NCBI RefSeq assembly: GCF_001194135.2
Contig: NC_068982.1
Location: 37,392,680 to 37,456,679 of the forward strand
From: Octopus bimaculoides
Lineage: Eukaryota
DNA length: 64,000 nt
Direction of reading: 5' to 3'
Below are positions 13,720 through 27,380 of this stretch, piece by piece. The notes under the pieces were generated by a model, which saw nothing but the letters and a program-made list of their open reading frames with translations, did no database searches and was not told the origin of the DNA. A program made the position numbers and the translations under genes. Each line of letters opens with the position of its first letter. The first letter of the stretch is position 1.

Positions 13720-14586
13720 TGAAATCTGATCAATAAGTATCCGGACCGTTGCCATAGTAACAAGGCTGAAGCATGCAGAGTGAAGCTGCTTGGCACAGAT
13801 TAACCTTGAACTCTGCTGTGCATGCACACTAAGTTTTAACATTCTAGATCACTTCCGCTGTTTATAGCTGTGCTTGGAAGGAAGGTATGTAGTGTGTGAC
13901 CATGACAGAGAAAGTTGTCATGGTGATACCTGCTCAGAGCCCTACACAAAGTTACAGAAAGTGTTTGGAGAGGAGTGTATAAGCTTCACACAAGTGTATG
14001 AGTGGTTCAGATATTTCCAAGATGGCTAAAAAATGTCAATATTGACGAACATTCTGAGAAGCCCACAACCAGCAGAACTGAGAAAAACATTGCAGCTGTA
14101 AGGGGAAATTGTCGAATAACCATCCGTGAGTTATCAGAGGATGTGCAGATTTGTTATTGTCCAGTTCAGTCCATTATCACTGAAGATCTGGGTATAAAAT
14201 GCATGTCTGCCAAGTTTGTGCCAAAACTGCTTTCAGCTGACCAAAAAGACACTTGGGGTTTCAGTTGCACAAGATCTCCTTGATTGTGTCAAGATTGATC
14301 AAACCTTTTTGGAAACTCTGCATAGGTCTCTGAGCAGGTATCGCCAAGCTTTTGGCAAAATTTGATGCAGATTCTCTGCTCAACTTTCTCTGTCATTGTC
14401 AATGCAATGATCACATGCTACACACCTTCCTTCCAAGCACAGCTGTAAACAGCAGAAGTGAGCTAGAACATTAAACTTAGTGCACATGGATAGCAGAGTT
14501 CAAGGTCAATCTGTGCCAAGTAGCTTCATTCTCCATGCTTTAGCTTCATTACTATAACAACAGTCCGGATACTTATTGATCAGACC

Positions 14587-14589
<3 letters not shown>
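13720..14589 (+). mobile_element. Non-autonomous mariner derivative with ~250-290-bp terminal inverted arms
   Basis: Ends tctgatcaataagtatccgga / tccggatacttattgatcaga in TA-rich flanks; decayed transposase N-terminus (VYEWF..F.DG, RITIRELSEDV, SAKFVPKLL); no catalytic domain. Confidence 0.9.
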
Positions 14590-14624
<35 letters not shown>

Positions 14625-15616
14625 GTGGGAGGACTGTATAATCTGTGTTTTTTGAGAATTTTATCATTAGATAAGCTTGGTTTGATGTATGACAATGTAT
14701 TTTCTATGTTCCTTAAATAGCATGTAGCATTCAAATTGAAAGATTTTTAATGCTCATTTGATCTAGCACATCACCTGGTTTTAATGTATTGATGTTTTAA
14801 AATATCTCCTCTAAAGTTACTTCATTTTATTTTTAAAGTCAGTAGAAAAAAAATTTGAGCTTCTTCAAATGAAAGAATTTTTTTAGCAATTTCTAACTTT
14901 TCAACAGCCATTAATCTAATTAGCTGACACACATGGATTTAATTTAATAACTTGTAGTACAAAAAAAGTGTTTAAATTTTTCATTGCTATCACTGTCTTT
15001 TATTACATAATTGCCCCTGCTGTTAAGCATATCTTTTATCATGTTTAAACGCTTAATTAAATCTAACCTACAATTATTGAAACTGAACTTTAAATAGTTC
15101 AGATCTAGAAACACATGCCATATAAATTGCTTTTATTAGTGGATTTTTTTTATCATGCATGCCTTACTATTTTATTTCTCTTCTGACACCTATTAGTATA
15201 CCATCTGCAGTTTAGCTATTAACAAAATGATATTCTTTACTAGGTCTTAAAATGTTTCTCTATCAGAGGCCATCTGTTTAATTAGCTACTAAAACAACTG
15301 TACAAACTCTCTACTGTTATCATAGCTATATCTAGCCCCTTCTGTCACTGACTGACTCTAAATTACAAGCAAAATCCTGGTAACATCAATTTTAAACAAA
15401 CTTGCTTCATTTCAATCATTCTTTAGTTATCTGAAAAACTTTATGCTTCTCTTTTGCCTCTATTAATATAAAACTTTTTATTTTTTCTTCTGAAAAATCT
15501 AAAAAGTGGGTTTGTTGTTGTTCACTATCCAAAATATATATTGTTGATCTTCCCAATCACAATATTATTTGCTTCTATGTAATTTTTCTCAAAACAGTTT
15601 TCATAAAATATCAACT

Positions 15617-15618
<2 letters not shown>

Positions 15619-15660
<42 letters not shown>
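15619..15660. repeat. (TA)n microsatellite
   Basis: Directly visible. Confidence 0.95.
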
Positions 15661-15665
<5 letters not shown>

Positions 15666-15754
15666 CATAAGTATGTATTTATATGAATAATATGTAGTCT
15701 ATTGACCACTGGTAGCAAATAGAATTTCTAACTTTTTTGCTACCCTGAGATTTA

Positions 15755-15790
<36 letters not shown>

Positions 15791-17649
15791 TCATTTCTTC
15801 ATTTACTAGTCAGATAACTCATTTTCACTTCTAAAGTAGATACAATGGCTGATACTTCATATATCATTATCATTTGTTTGCTTTTTGTTTCCTCACAGAT
15901 GGTATCATTTAATATATATCATTTTCTTGAAAGTAACTGTATAGCTTCTCTTCCTCAAAAAATGTTACTCCATCCTAGTCTCCTTTGCATCTACCATTCT
16001 AGCTAAGTTCTTTAGTTTTGATAAGTCTGTTAGTCTTGTAATTTTAGGTTGACCAATAGCTTGCGAGTAAAATTTGCTGGACAGAAACTGTATAGAAGCC
16101 AGTTTGGATGTGTTCTTTTTGTGGTCTTTATACAGTGATCAAGGAAAAGAATGTGACTTAAGTTCATACCAAGACCTTGCTGGTTGTGCTTATGTCAAGT
16201 GCTACTAGAAAAGTCCTAGCATGAAATTTAAGTTGTATTCTGTTCCCTGATCACTATATAATGACCACATCAAACTCTTCCACAAACTGTCCAACCTATG
16301 CCAGCATTGGAAACGAACATTAAATGATGACTACTCCATAAAAATGAAAGGCAAACTAGACCTCCAAGTGGATTCAAACTCAGAACATAAGGGATATCAT
16401 TATATGCTATAAAGCATTTTGTTCATCACTCTTTAGATTCTGCTATTCATGTTCATATTCAGCATAACATTTTTTTTTTTTTTGCTTCATCAAGTAAGCT
16501 ATCACTAACACTAACAATGGTCAACAAGGTTGCCTCTACATGATGTCTTCAGCTGCTAAAAACTGCAGCTAAATTTTCTTCAGTTTGTATCCTGTTATCT
16601 TAAAAAAGGATACATTAAATAAAATAGCCCAAGATACTTTATACCTTAGAAAAAAGAGATTATCAGAACTAGAACACCATTGATTATCGGTCTATTCAAT
16701 CAGTCATGGTTAATCTAGCTTGCACAACAACAATAGTATTCACTTGATCTGTTAGAAATAGTAGCAAATTTCACACCCTACCATCTCAGTTTTAATAATG
16801 TAGTGATATGTGTGTAAACTGTATTTTTCATTGTTCCCTTCCTTCATCTCTGCCCACTACTAGAAGATTATTTCACATTAAAAAATACATATGCATTGGT
16901 TTCTTTGAACCAGCCATAAAACTGAATATAGCCAATTCAATTTAATCTTTACAGTACTTATTTCATCAACCTCAGATCAATTCCAACAATATTTTGACTC
17001 AGAAGTGGGAACTTGTGATCTAACTGCTACAAAGTAGTTAGTCTTGTATATAACTGCCTCAACTTAATTATTTTTAACCAGAGAAGAAATCTTTGACTTG
17101 AGTTTTACCACATTTTGAAATGGGTAAGACGTGTGTTTTCAGGATCACCAACCTGTTAACTAACCTACCTAAAACTACCCCTGTTTCTGAAAAACAAATC
17201 CTAGTATTTTCAAGTGTTCTTATTTAAATCAAAATTTTCCAAGTAATTTTATACAAGATCTCTTTTATGTTCCAAACTCCTTCTTACTTCATTATGTGCC
17301 AAATAAATTCAAGTTATAAACAATGTATTTCATTGGAAATATGGCTACAAATGTGTTAAGCAAATAGAACTGGTTGGATGATATATATATCCTTTCAAAA
17401 ACCATTACAATTCAGTAGTAGTAAGTAGTAATGGTGGTGGTGGTGATGATGACAATGGTAATGGTTCTGATGGTGGGAGAATCAAACAAAATGTCTAAGA
17501 ATGTTTGGTTTGGATTTTATCCAGTTTATAATCCCAAATTTTCTTAGGGATTCACAGCGCATTACAACTGTATTGATGAAGAATACTGCCTATAATGATA
17601 CTTGGAAGAAATCACCCACTGTCATTCTTGCCAAATAGTTCTTCACTAA

Positions 17650-18900
17650 TTGCCCATATAGAGCAATTAAGTTATTGAAGCATAGAATGGACGTATTGGA
17701 ATGAGTATAAGAGAGGAGGATAAGGAAGAAAGTAAAGAGTGATTACACATAGTTTGGATTTATTGGATTTACGCTAGTAATTTTTATTGTGAGACATTTA
17801 CAGAAGAAATACAATGACAAGAGGAAGAAATTGTATCCTGGGTTTGTTAATTTAGAGAAAGCTTTCAATAATGTTCCACATAAGGTGGTAACATGATCAT
17901 TGAGAGAGTTAGGTGTGGAGGAATGGTTAGAGTAGTGATATCAATATATGAGAGAGAGTACACAGTCATAAGGACAAAGTACAAGAACAGTAATGAGTTT
18001 GAAGTGAAGGTTGGAGTGTGTCATGGGTCAGTACCAGACCTACTGCTATTTGTAATCATGATGGAATTTCTTGTATGGAGATGATCTATAGTCATTAATA
18101 GAGTATTAATAAATCAACAATAACTACGTGAAAGAAATATATGAAAGCAAAAGGTATTTCAGTGAATACTGGAAAGATGAAAGTTATGGCGAGTGAGAAG
18201 GTAGAAGGAACAGAGAAATGGCTGTGTGCAATGTGGAAGAAAATTATAGTACACTCTATTAAAGAAACAATATGCACTGGATGGCTTCATAATGTGAGAG
18301 AGAGTTATTAACTAAAATAGCAGCAACATTTAAGTGTAAGGTGACAGGAGTTGCAGATGAAGAACACATTGAACAGGATCTTGGAAATGGCACGAAGGTA
18401 GAAGTTCAGTGGGGAAGGTGGATCACAATGGCTAGAGTGAGGTGCACTTAGAAGTTTGGAGAATTGAGTGGTGTACTAATGAGGAAGGGAATGTTGCTGA
18501 AATTGAAGAGGAAAGTGTATGCTTCATGTGTGAGAAGTACTATGGTTTATGGGAGTGAGACATGGCCAATGAATTCAGAACAACAGAGATAGCTGGAGAG
18601 GAGGAAAATGAGAAGAGTTCAGTGGAGAGAGGGGAAGGCAAACAATGAAGTGTTGAGAATGATGGAAATAGAGAGAGTGATGCATATTATGAAGGGAAGT
18701 GGAATGATATGGCTGGGCCATGTGCTGAGGAAGGGAAAAAGTCACAAGGTGAGAGAAGAGTGATGACTATGAAAATAAATAGAGGAAGACCAAGAATGAC
18801 ATGGTTAAAGATGATGAAAGAAGAAATAAGAACAAGGTTATGAGGGTGAATGTACAGGACAAGGCAATATGAAGACTGCCATGGAACCCACAAGGCTAAC
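17650..18900 (+). mobile_element. Decayed RTE-type LINE: reverse transcriptase and C-terminal region
   Basis: YRAIKLLKH, QFGF, FVNLEKAFNNVP, FEVKVGVCHGS..LLLF, YGDDL, VNTGKMKVM, KGKVYASCVRSTMVYGSETW, WLGHVLR, GRPRMTW; stops and deletions throughout. Confidence 0.88.
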
Positions 18901-19332
18901 TATTACCTACTTTACAGTCTTTCTCTTACTAAAATAACATGGGGTGATATATTAATAGATATCTGAAAACATGGTTATTCTCAGATATCTTTTATTTAGT
19001 GTTGTTTGAAGGTGATTGGCCTAGAGAATTTAGTCAAGCAAAATTTCCATTCACATGTTAGTCAAATTTATGATTTGGTATATCTTGGAGGCTACACATT
19101 TCTGTTAGATATGCATACATCTATAAACACCAGCATCTGCACCTGCAATTGATAGTCTTTGGTGCCACAAATTACATCATTTGCATGATGTTTCCTGGAT
19201 ACTATATCAGTGCTGAGGATTTTTAAAGAATGTTTTTTTTTATAAATATTTCAAATATTTTTCTCTCCTTCAACAGAAGGCTTTTGCGTCTGAATTATAC
19301 TGGCACCTAGTAAAATATTATGAAAAGGACTT

Positions 19333-19335
<3 letters not shown>

Positions 19336-19372
<37 letters not shown>
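19336..19372. repeat. (TAA)n microsatellite
   Basis: Directly visible. Confidence 0.95.
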
Positions 19373-19374
<2 letters not shown>

Positions 19375-19971
19375 GCAACAGCAGCATCAAAAAATAACAA
19401 GATACCCTTCTGACATGTGACCCTCCCCAGATATTATTATTTAAAGGTAAAAATCAACTATCTTTTATAAATACAGTCACTTACTATAAACAAAGGATTC
19501 ATACAAGAAGTGCAATTAAGTTCAGAGGCGGTTATTTCAAGTGTCCAACTAAGAAATTATTCAGACTATTCTGGAATAATAAAATTTAACTATCATACTT
19601 ACCATGAATTTTTTTCCCCTTTTTCTCATTTTACATAAAAAGGACATGTATCAAGTATTTAACTTGAATTTTGTGGGGTAAAGTGAAAATGGTCAGTTTA
19701 TCGGCTTTGTAAAAGACAAGTGTATTTGAAACTTTGTATATCCAGATAGTTTTCAGAACTCTTGTCAAAACATATGCATTTGTTTATGTATGTGCATTTT
19801 TGTTAAATGGATCATTTTGATATCTTTCCTGCAAAATAAACAAAAGGATGAGTGTACAGGCTACCCTTCACCCCTTCTTCAGTCAGTATTCAATCAGTAT
19901 TCTCTATTCAAGCCTTTCTGCCATCACTCATTTTTTTATTTCTACCCATCTCTATCATGTGCATATATATG

Positions 19972-19974
<3 letters not shown>

Positions 19975-20012
<38 letters not shown>
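19975..20012. repeat. (CA)n microsatellite
   Basis: Directly visible. Confidence 0.95.
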
Positions 20013-20014
<2 letters not shown>

Positions 20015-23000
20015 CTCCTGCTATCATTCATTGTTAGCATACATCAAATTCTCTTTCTCACTTTATTACTCTCTCTTTCATTACTTTGTTTCTTCCCATC
20101 ACTCTCTTTGTCTATGTCATTTTATTATTCAATTTCTTTACCAACAACCAACATGTAGCTGTCTGTCACTCTTCCATTATTCACTCATCTAGCATGCGCT
20201 TGCTTCTTATCACCCTACTTTTCCGATCATGCTCTCTCTCTTTTTTATCCCTCTCTCTTCCAATCATTTTCTCGCCTTTACTTCATTGAACAAATGGAAA
20301 CAACATAGAACTGTTTAGCCTTTCCAGAGACAAAGCAACACCCTAGAACTGGTTTCAAAATAAAATACTGTACACCCTGTAAATGATTGACAAATGAATA
20401 GTGACAATGTAGAGAGAACTCTTTACTTTTGCTAGAGACAAAATACCCTCTCTAGTGCCGGTGCCATAATAAAATGTACTCAGTACGTTCTGCAAAGTGG
20501 TTTTGGCTTTAAGAAAAGTACCTACTTGTAAAAACCATGCCAAAATGGAATATACCAGCAATGCAAAGTGTCTTGGAAGGCAGTAATTCCAATTAAGAAC
20601 TGGCTCAGACCTTGGTGATCTGTCCAACTCACATCAGCATTAAAAGTGGCCATAAAATAGCAGTGGTAGTGTGATGGTAATGAAATTTCAGTGTAAAGTT
20701 AATGTAATAGTGTTTCCTTTTTCAAAGCCAATCGGAAGGTTAAAAGCCAAAGTTTACCTTTTAGAAGTTCACTTATTGAAATTTGCCAATTATTGCCAAG
20801 CTCTGATCATATTATTGTCTAACATTTCATATTTTAACTAAAAATTTCATAATTACATCTGTGTGTATTATTCGTCTTTTTCTCTGTCTTCATGCCTCTT
20901 CCACTTTCTGTGTCTTCTTTGTTTTTCTGTTATTAACACTTAATATTTACTCATGCATTACTTTTCTTAGAGCTCTATAAGATAAGAATCTTTGTACTTT
21001 ATTATATTCCTCTTGCAAAGCACATGATATCCATTATTAAGGTTTTTTTTTTTATCTCAATTGTATGAAATTTATTCACAAATTTTATTGATATTACAGC
21101 ATTATTTGCAGATTTTGCTTTAAGAATGACAATAAAACTGAATGTACAGTGCACCAGTGTGCATTTATAATCAATCAATATTTTGAATTAACTGTACTTT
21201 ACCTAGCAATAAAACAACATATGTGGTATCGAAGTCAGTTTTCACATTCACTTTCAGTGAACAATTAAGTAATGAAATTAAGTAATGTGTTTTGTGATTT
21301 ATTTAGGCTGCTTAAGGTTTTCTCTTCATAATACTAACTCTTTAGATTTTAGAAAGTAAAAACCTTTATCATTTCTTTAAAAATGCCTTAAGTGTATAGA
21401 ATTAGTCTACTTAGCTTCATGTAATGAGATCTATTTACAAAAAACATAAATGCATTTTATTAAAACATTTTATTCTTATTTTCATTATTAGTATGAAATT
21501 TATTTTTATTTACATTACTCATATTTATATATAAGTCATCAATCAAATTTCTCTACCTGCTTTTATCTTCTCTGCTGAATAACACTAGTCACAGTTAGAG
21601 GTTTGATGGTCAGGGGTTAGCTCAGAAGAGCCACTTGTAGCAGTACATCTACTTCTCTTTTGTCAAATCTCACAGACACTTCACACCTTAGCTCTGCTGT
21701 CAATAAACATACAGTACCACTAAGGATTGCAGCTGAGAGGTATTAGCTGGAAAAGACTGATAAACAGATACATATAGATAGACGAACATTTAAAAATAGA
21801 TCTGTGCCAGTTCTATGGAGCCTGCAACTGAACTATTCTGGTATAATATTTTCTTATTGTCTGGCATAAAAATTATTAAATAACCATGTCATGTTGTTTT
21901 AAATGCTACAAATAAAAAAAAAACACTAGTTTTCTTTCTGGAAACAAAATATGCACTTTTTAATTTTTCATCACACACAAATATTAGGTGTATTTTTTTT
22001 AAACTTCACTTAGCTGCTGCCACTAATGCAATTCTTGTTGATATTTACAATATAATATTGGTAAGGGGAAGGTGTATTCTGATAAGGGTTATGTCTGTAT
22101 ATTTTTGTAGCATTTTTCTTACTTGTGGATAATTTTTTTGAGTCTATATTTGTGTGTGTGTGTGATACATATTAATATATGAAGGATATTTTTATTAGAT
22201 ATCTCCCAATTCAAAATTAATTCAAATAAAAGAAAAACAATCTATTTTTATTTACCAAAGTTGACTCTGATTTCTGTCATTCTTATTGACTATATATCTA
22301 TATATATATATATAATATATATATGTATATATATATTGACCATTCATCTTTGTCTTTCCATCTCTCCAGATATCTATCTCATACTTTCTGTTTCTCTCTC
22401 TGTCTCTCTCTCACACACATCATATCTAATTGTTTCTTCTGTCAATCCATCCACCATTTCTCTAAATCTCAGATACTTTCTATTTTTCTCTCTCATTTAA
22501 CGGTTGCTATTTATACTTCCATCTATCATAAATTATTATTTAGGTAAAATTATAATCTTTTGTTTGAATGTGAAATTGGCTGATAAACCTGGCAGCAAGC
22601 TCTTTCTTCCATTATGAAACTTAACAGGTAGAACGAAATAAACATAATATTGTTGTTTTTTTCCCCGTGTCTATAGAAATATTGCTGAGTTTGGAATATA
22701 AGCAACCGAGAAAGTTCTTTGAGTGTAATTAACATACAATTGCATTATTTTATTAAAGAAATTAGGATTGAAATAACTTGGAAAGTGGAAAAATAAAGCT
22801 TCTTATACAATTATGTTGAAGTAAAATTAAAACAAACAATTTAGTCAAATGATATCTATCCATATAAAGAGAATTGGTGGTCCACCAGAAGGCAGAGCAT
22901 TCTGTCAAGTTTTGTTTTATGTAGCAACTATCTTACTATATTTTTGACTCTCTCTTACTGAAAGACATCAATAGATTTAAAAGTTGTGTTAATGTCTTCC

Positions 23001-23873
23001 ATTATACAACAGATTCAGTTTTTTGAGAACACAGTACTTTTGGCAAACTTATACATGAGTTAAGGAGAATAATATCTTTTAGGTAAGGTGGAAAGCTGGC
23101 AGAAACATTAGCACTCTGGGCAAAGTACTTAGCGGTATTTTGTTTGTCTTTATGTTGAGTTCAAATTCCACAATTAAGTACCAGTTGCATACTGGGGTCA
23201 ATTTTGGGCCTTTTGCCTAGAGTAGATAAGAATATCTTTTAGGTTAGTTTCTAGCAAAATGGTGAGCATTAACTGAGGTATTAACTTTGTCTTCAGCAAC
23301 TTAACATAAACAAATGAATAGAATTACAACACTACAATAATCAAACTGTATTGTGTATAAAAAAACATAAATGATGATTGACAATCATGACCTCCATACC
23401 AAAATCTGAACATCTATGATGTTTTATGCTGGAAAAACATAGCAACATTGCCTGTTAGTCTTCCACTCTCCTGGACAGGTGAACTATTTCACACAATGTC
23501 AGGGTAAACCTGTACACTGGTGAAGCTGTGTAATAATTGTGTAGGATCTTGCACTCCTGAACCTTGTATGTCTTGACTACAGGAACATCTTCTGCTATCT
23601 ATTTAATCTATAACTAGAACCCTTCAACAGATATCACTACCCCAGCTCAATACATACCTGGGAGTAGTAATGACTAAGGAACAGAGCTCCTGAATTCTCA
23701 AGACATAATCTATGCATTTTATTTTATAAGCATTAAATTATTCTGATAACCCTTCTAGTTTTTCATAGCAAAAGCTACATCTCAAGATCTTCATATTTGT
23801 GTCTTGTGATGTCTCTGTTCATTTGCAGTCTACCATTAAAGATATACTTTAACCAAAGCCCAACCCAGTGTCA

Positions 23874-24314
23874 TCCTATTATAAATATGAGTGATGTTTC
23901 TTTGTCCGTTACATTTTTATGTTCGCTAACTCCTTCTAGACCGTTGGTGCAAGGACATCAAAACTCAAACCAGCAACTCCCCTAATCCCAGGGAATGTCG
24001 TAAGGGGGTCTGTTTTTTTAAGGGCCACCTAATTGGGACCCTACTGTCCACCCCACCCACCCCATTTTGACTGCATTTTAAACTAAATACATGGCATTGG
24101 TGACAAAATCAGAGCAATGACAATGAATTTCATACCATGAACTCCCAGGGAGTATCATAAGGAGATTCAATTTCTGAAGGGCCACTTAAATGGGGCCCTA
24201 CTAACCCTTTCCTCCCTATTTTTACTGCATTTACCTCGCTCCTACGCTTATTGGTTAAACTATGATCAGCATCAGTGCTTAGCACATTTGCAGAAATAAG
24301 TTTGGGCATTCTAA
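23874..24314 (+). mobile_element. Possible non-autonomous Helitron-like element with an internal direct repeat
   Basis: Starts TCCTATTATAAAT and ends gggcattCTAA after a short tgcttagca hairpin; internal ~90-bp repeat (23987-24078 and 24144-24232). Class is inferred from end motifs only. Confidence 0.35.
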
Positions 24315-24773
24315 ATACCTTCACGTACATTCAAATCAAGATAAAGAGTTATAACAGGTATGTTTCAAGTGTGGTAGTGTGGATATTTATATTTGTAGTT
24401 TATAAAACTTATGTCTAGTATCCCAAATAAGCTTGGTCGATTAGGAGACAATGATTTCTTTCTATCTCTTCTGATCAAGCTCATAACCTATCTGACTTTT
24501 GAAAAACGAACTTGGCTTCAACAGGATTAGAAATGGATTTGGTATGGAATTAAATTGTGTACAATGCTTAATTTTATGAATGTAATTTTTATTAATTGAA
24601 ACTAATGATTACTTTAGATATAATCTAGTGATTGTTATATGTGGCAATTTTTGACATGTCAAGTGACTACTATAACTTTTGCCATTTTATTTCTTAGGAA
24701 TAAAATATAAATCTGTTGTGTTTATATAACGTTTCTGACTTAGCAAATTTTCTTGGCTTTGTTTTTTCTCCAG

Positions 24774-24885
24774 GTATCGGTGTTTAAAATGTTTCAACTT
24801 CGATGTTTGCCAAAACTGTTTTTTCTCTGGGAGAAAGGCTAAAGGTCACAAGTTGAGCCATCATATGCAAGAATACTGTACTTCT
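24774..24885 (+). CDS. DMD: Dystrophin exon (ZZ zinc finger; exon 69 equivalent, 112 nt, phase 2-0); missed by the ORF track
   Basis: ttttctccag acceptor, TCT|gtgagt donor; [37 protein letters not shown] continues the ZZ domain in frame. Confidence 0.97.
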
Positions 24886-25029
24886 GTGAGTATAATTTAA
24901 GTAAAATGGAACTTTTTAAAATGAGAAAAATTTTACCTAAAGTTTTAGGGTCTATTTTATATATCCCACAACCAATGCATGTTAGCAAATATATGATGAT
25001 AGCATGTACCATGCATTCACTGATTGTTT

Positions 25030-25290
25030 TAAACCAGACATCTGTGTAGTTGCAGGTAGAATATGGACATCCTTTCAGACCCTCCACCCTTGACTTAGCA
25101 GAACATCCAAGATGTGACTGCTAGAAGTAGAAAGAATTGTACCAGCACTTGACTGGTATTCATCTTAGTTGAGAGTGGAGCAATGTGAAATGAAATGCCT
25201 TTCTCAACAACATAACATGCCACCTAGTCCAGCAATTAAATCTTATGACCTTACGGTCATGAGCCCAGCACCCTTAACCAGTAAACTACA
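25030..25290 (-). mobile_element. tRNA-headed SINE (second family)
   Basis: Reverse-complement head tggttaagggtgctgggctcatgacc; the gagtggagcaatgtgaaatgaaatgc..ctcaa segment is shared with 58262-58573. Confidence 0.55.
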
Positions 25291-25301
25291 TGTTTTCAGT
25301 A

Positions 25302-25344
<43 letters not shown>

Positions 25345-25682
25345 ATGAGTTTAGCATCTTTATGCTAAGCTTGTTAATTAAAGGGTTTGTGATATTGGCC
25401 TAGTTAGTTGTCAGCCTTTTCAAATTCTTAGTTGTTTGGGTGTACTATTTTCGATTTAAAATCTTTTGTCAACATTCCCTATTATAAAGAGGATTTAGTT
25501 ACTGATAGAAACTCTGATGTACTCTCAGTTGGTTACCCTATTCCAGAGATGTACTTGAACAAAACTCATTCGGGCTATCTAACATCAAGAAAAATATTTT
25601 GAAATCTTTGATGCCTGTAAAGATTTATTTCTTACAAAATTTACATCCCTTTATTGAGTTAATTTTTTTCTTTTCTTTGCAG

Positions 25683-25819
25683 ACAACATCAGGGGAGGAC
25701 ATACGTGATTTTACAAAAGTATTGAAAAACAAGTTCAAATCAAAAAGATATTTCAAAAAACATCCACGACTTGGTTACCTTCCTGTGCAGACTGTATTAG
25801 AAGGAGACAGTTTAGAGAG
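25683..25819 (+). CDS. DMD: Dystrophin exon (exon 70 equivalent, 137 nt, phase 0-2)
   Basis: tctttgcag acceptor, AG|gtagat donor; [45 protein letters not shown]. Confidence 0.96.
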
Positions 25820-26589
25820 GTAGATATCTTTTTGTTTCAAATTTCCTTATCTAATATCAAGAAACATACTTAAATCTTAACTCCTAATGTTTTTGGTTAG
25901 TTCTTTTATTTAAATGTAATAACTTCAATTCTTTAACCCTGTTTTCAAAATATAGTCAAACCATAGTGTGAAATTAAATCATTTAAACTTGAATGAAATT
26001 ATTGACTTCAAATGTTTTCTCTAACATTTTAAATTACCCCAAAAAAGTTTTAAAATATAAACAGAGTTAAATCATAGCTGAGTACTTGGATTAAATTTGC
26101 TTACTTAAGCAGAAGATCAAGATTATCAAGTTAATAAAAAATAACTTGATATTCTTGTGCTTCTGTTAAATAAGTAATAGTTTTTATACAAAGCTTCTAT
26201 GCTCTAGCTATGTTATATTTTATTTATATTTTGATCAATATATCCCATTTATTTTCTGATTGTGTATGAGGGAAAATTTACAAAAAAGCAAATATATCTA
26301 AACCCTCATTAGGTTATTGAATTAACCTACCTCTACTCCAGGATATTAACCTCTTCAAATATAATAATTTTGCTATCCATTTTTCAGCTAAGGAGACCAA
26401 CACAAGCGGGACATTTTACTTGAGGACATACTGCTTTGATCCTCTTTTCTATTTAGGGAACTTTACAAAATTGGTTGGTCAGTTGATTGGTTGCTTGTTT
26501 GTTTTTTTTTAGTGGAGGTGCAATGCATAGTAGAATTGCAGAATATTAAATATTTCTGGTTTCTAAATTCTTTACATCTGTGACATAAC

Positions 26590-27380
26590 TATGGAATGGG
26601 TTGTTGGGTGCTTGAGAAGACATGTCAAGTCAAGTGAAATCGTAGTTGTGACCAGTGCTGCTGATATGTAAAAGGCACCCACTACACTCTTAGTATAGTT
26701 GGTGTTAGGAAGGGCATCCAGCCATAGAAATTAAACTAAAACCAGGCTGGAACCTGGTACAGCTCTCTGGCTTACCAGTTCTAATCAAACCATCTAACCC
26801 GTGCCAGCATGGAAAACAGACGCTAAATGATGATGATGATTTTGTACCTTAGTTGAAAATGTTTCTGTGTGAAAGCATGTATACTAATACAAATACAAAA
26901 GACTAGTTTAATGTATGCATAAGCCTATGTAAAATATAAATAGATTGTCAACAAGGTGGGCATAGCTCTGCATTTAAGATGCTTGCTTCCAACCATGTGA
27001 TTGCAGGATCAGTCCCACAGTGTGGAACTTTGGGAAAGTATCTTCTACTATAACTCCAGGCCAACCAAAGACTTGAGAACAGATTTGATTGACAGAAATG
27101 GAAAGAAGCCCATCATGTATTTATGTGTATTTGGGGTGTGGGGGCTACCCTCTATCATAACTTCACATAATGATTCTAAATGAGCATCAGAGAAGCAAGC
27201 TTGTTCGTTTCTTCTTTTCCATGGAAAATGTGTCTGATCTTGGGGAAATATTAACATACTTGGAAATAGGTGAGGTTTGATGACAGGGAGGGCATCTGAC
27301 CATAGAAAATCTGCCTCAACAAATTTTTTCTGACCCATGCAAGTATGGAAAAGTGAACGTTAAATAATGTTGATGATGTA
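26590..27380 (+). mobile_element. Two adjacent SINE copies (26590-26840, 26945-27380)
   Basis: gtaaaaggcacccactacactc..ttaggaagggcatccagcc..ccagcatggaaaacagacgctaaatgatgatgat tail; the second copy has a tRNA-like head and the same tail type. Confidence 0.75.

Noticed and set aside
21676-21739. Possible 64-nt poison exon (ctcacag ... gag|gtatta)
   Set aside because: Only splice-like signals with an early stop; such pairs are expected by chance in a 16.6-kb intron.
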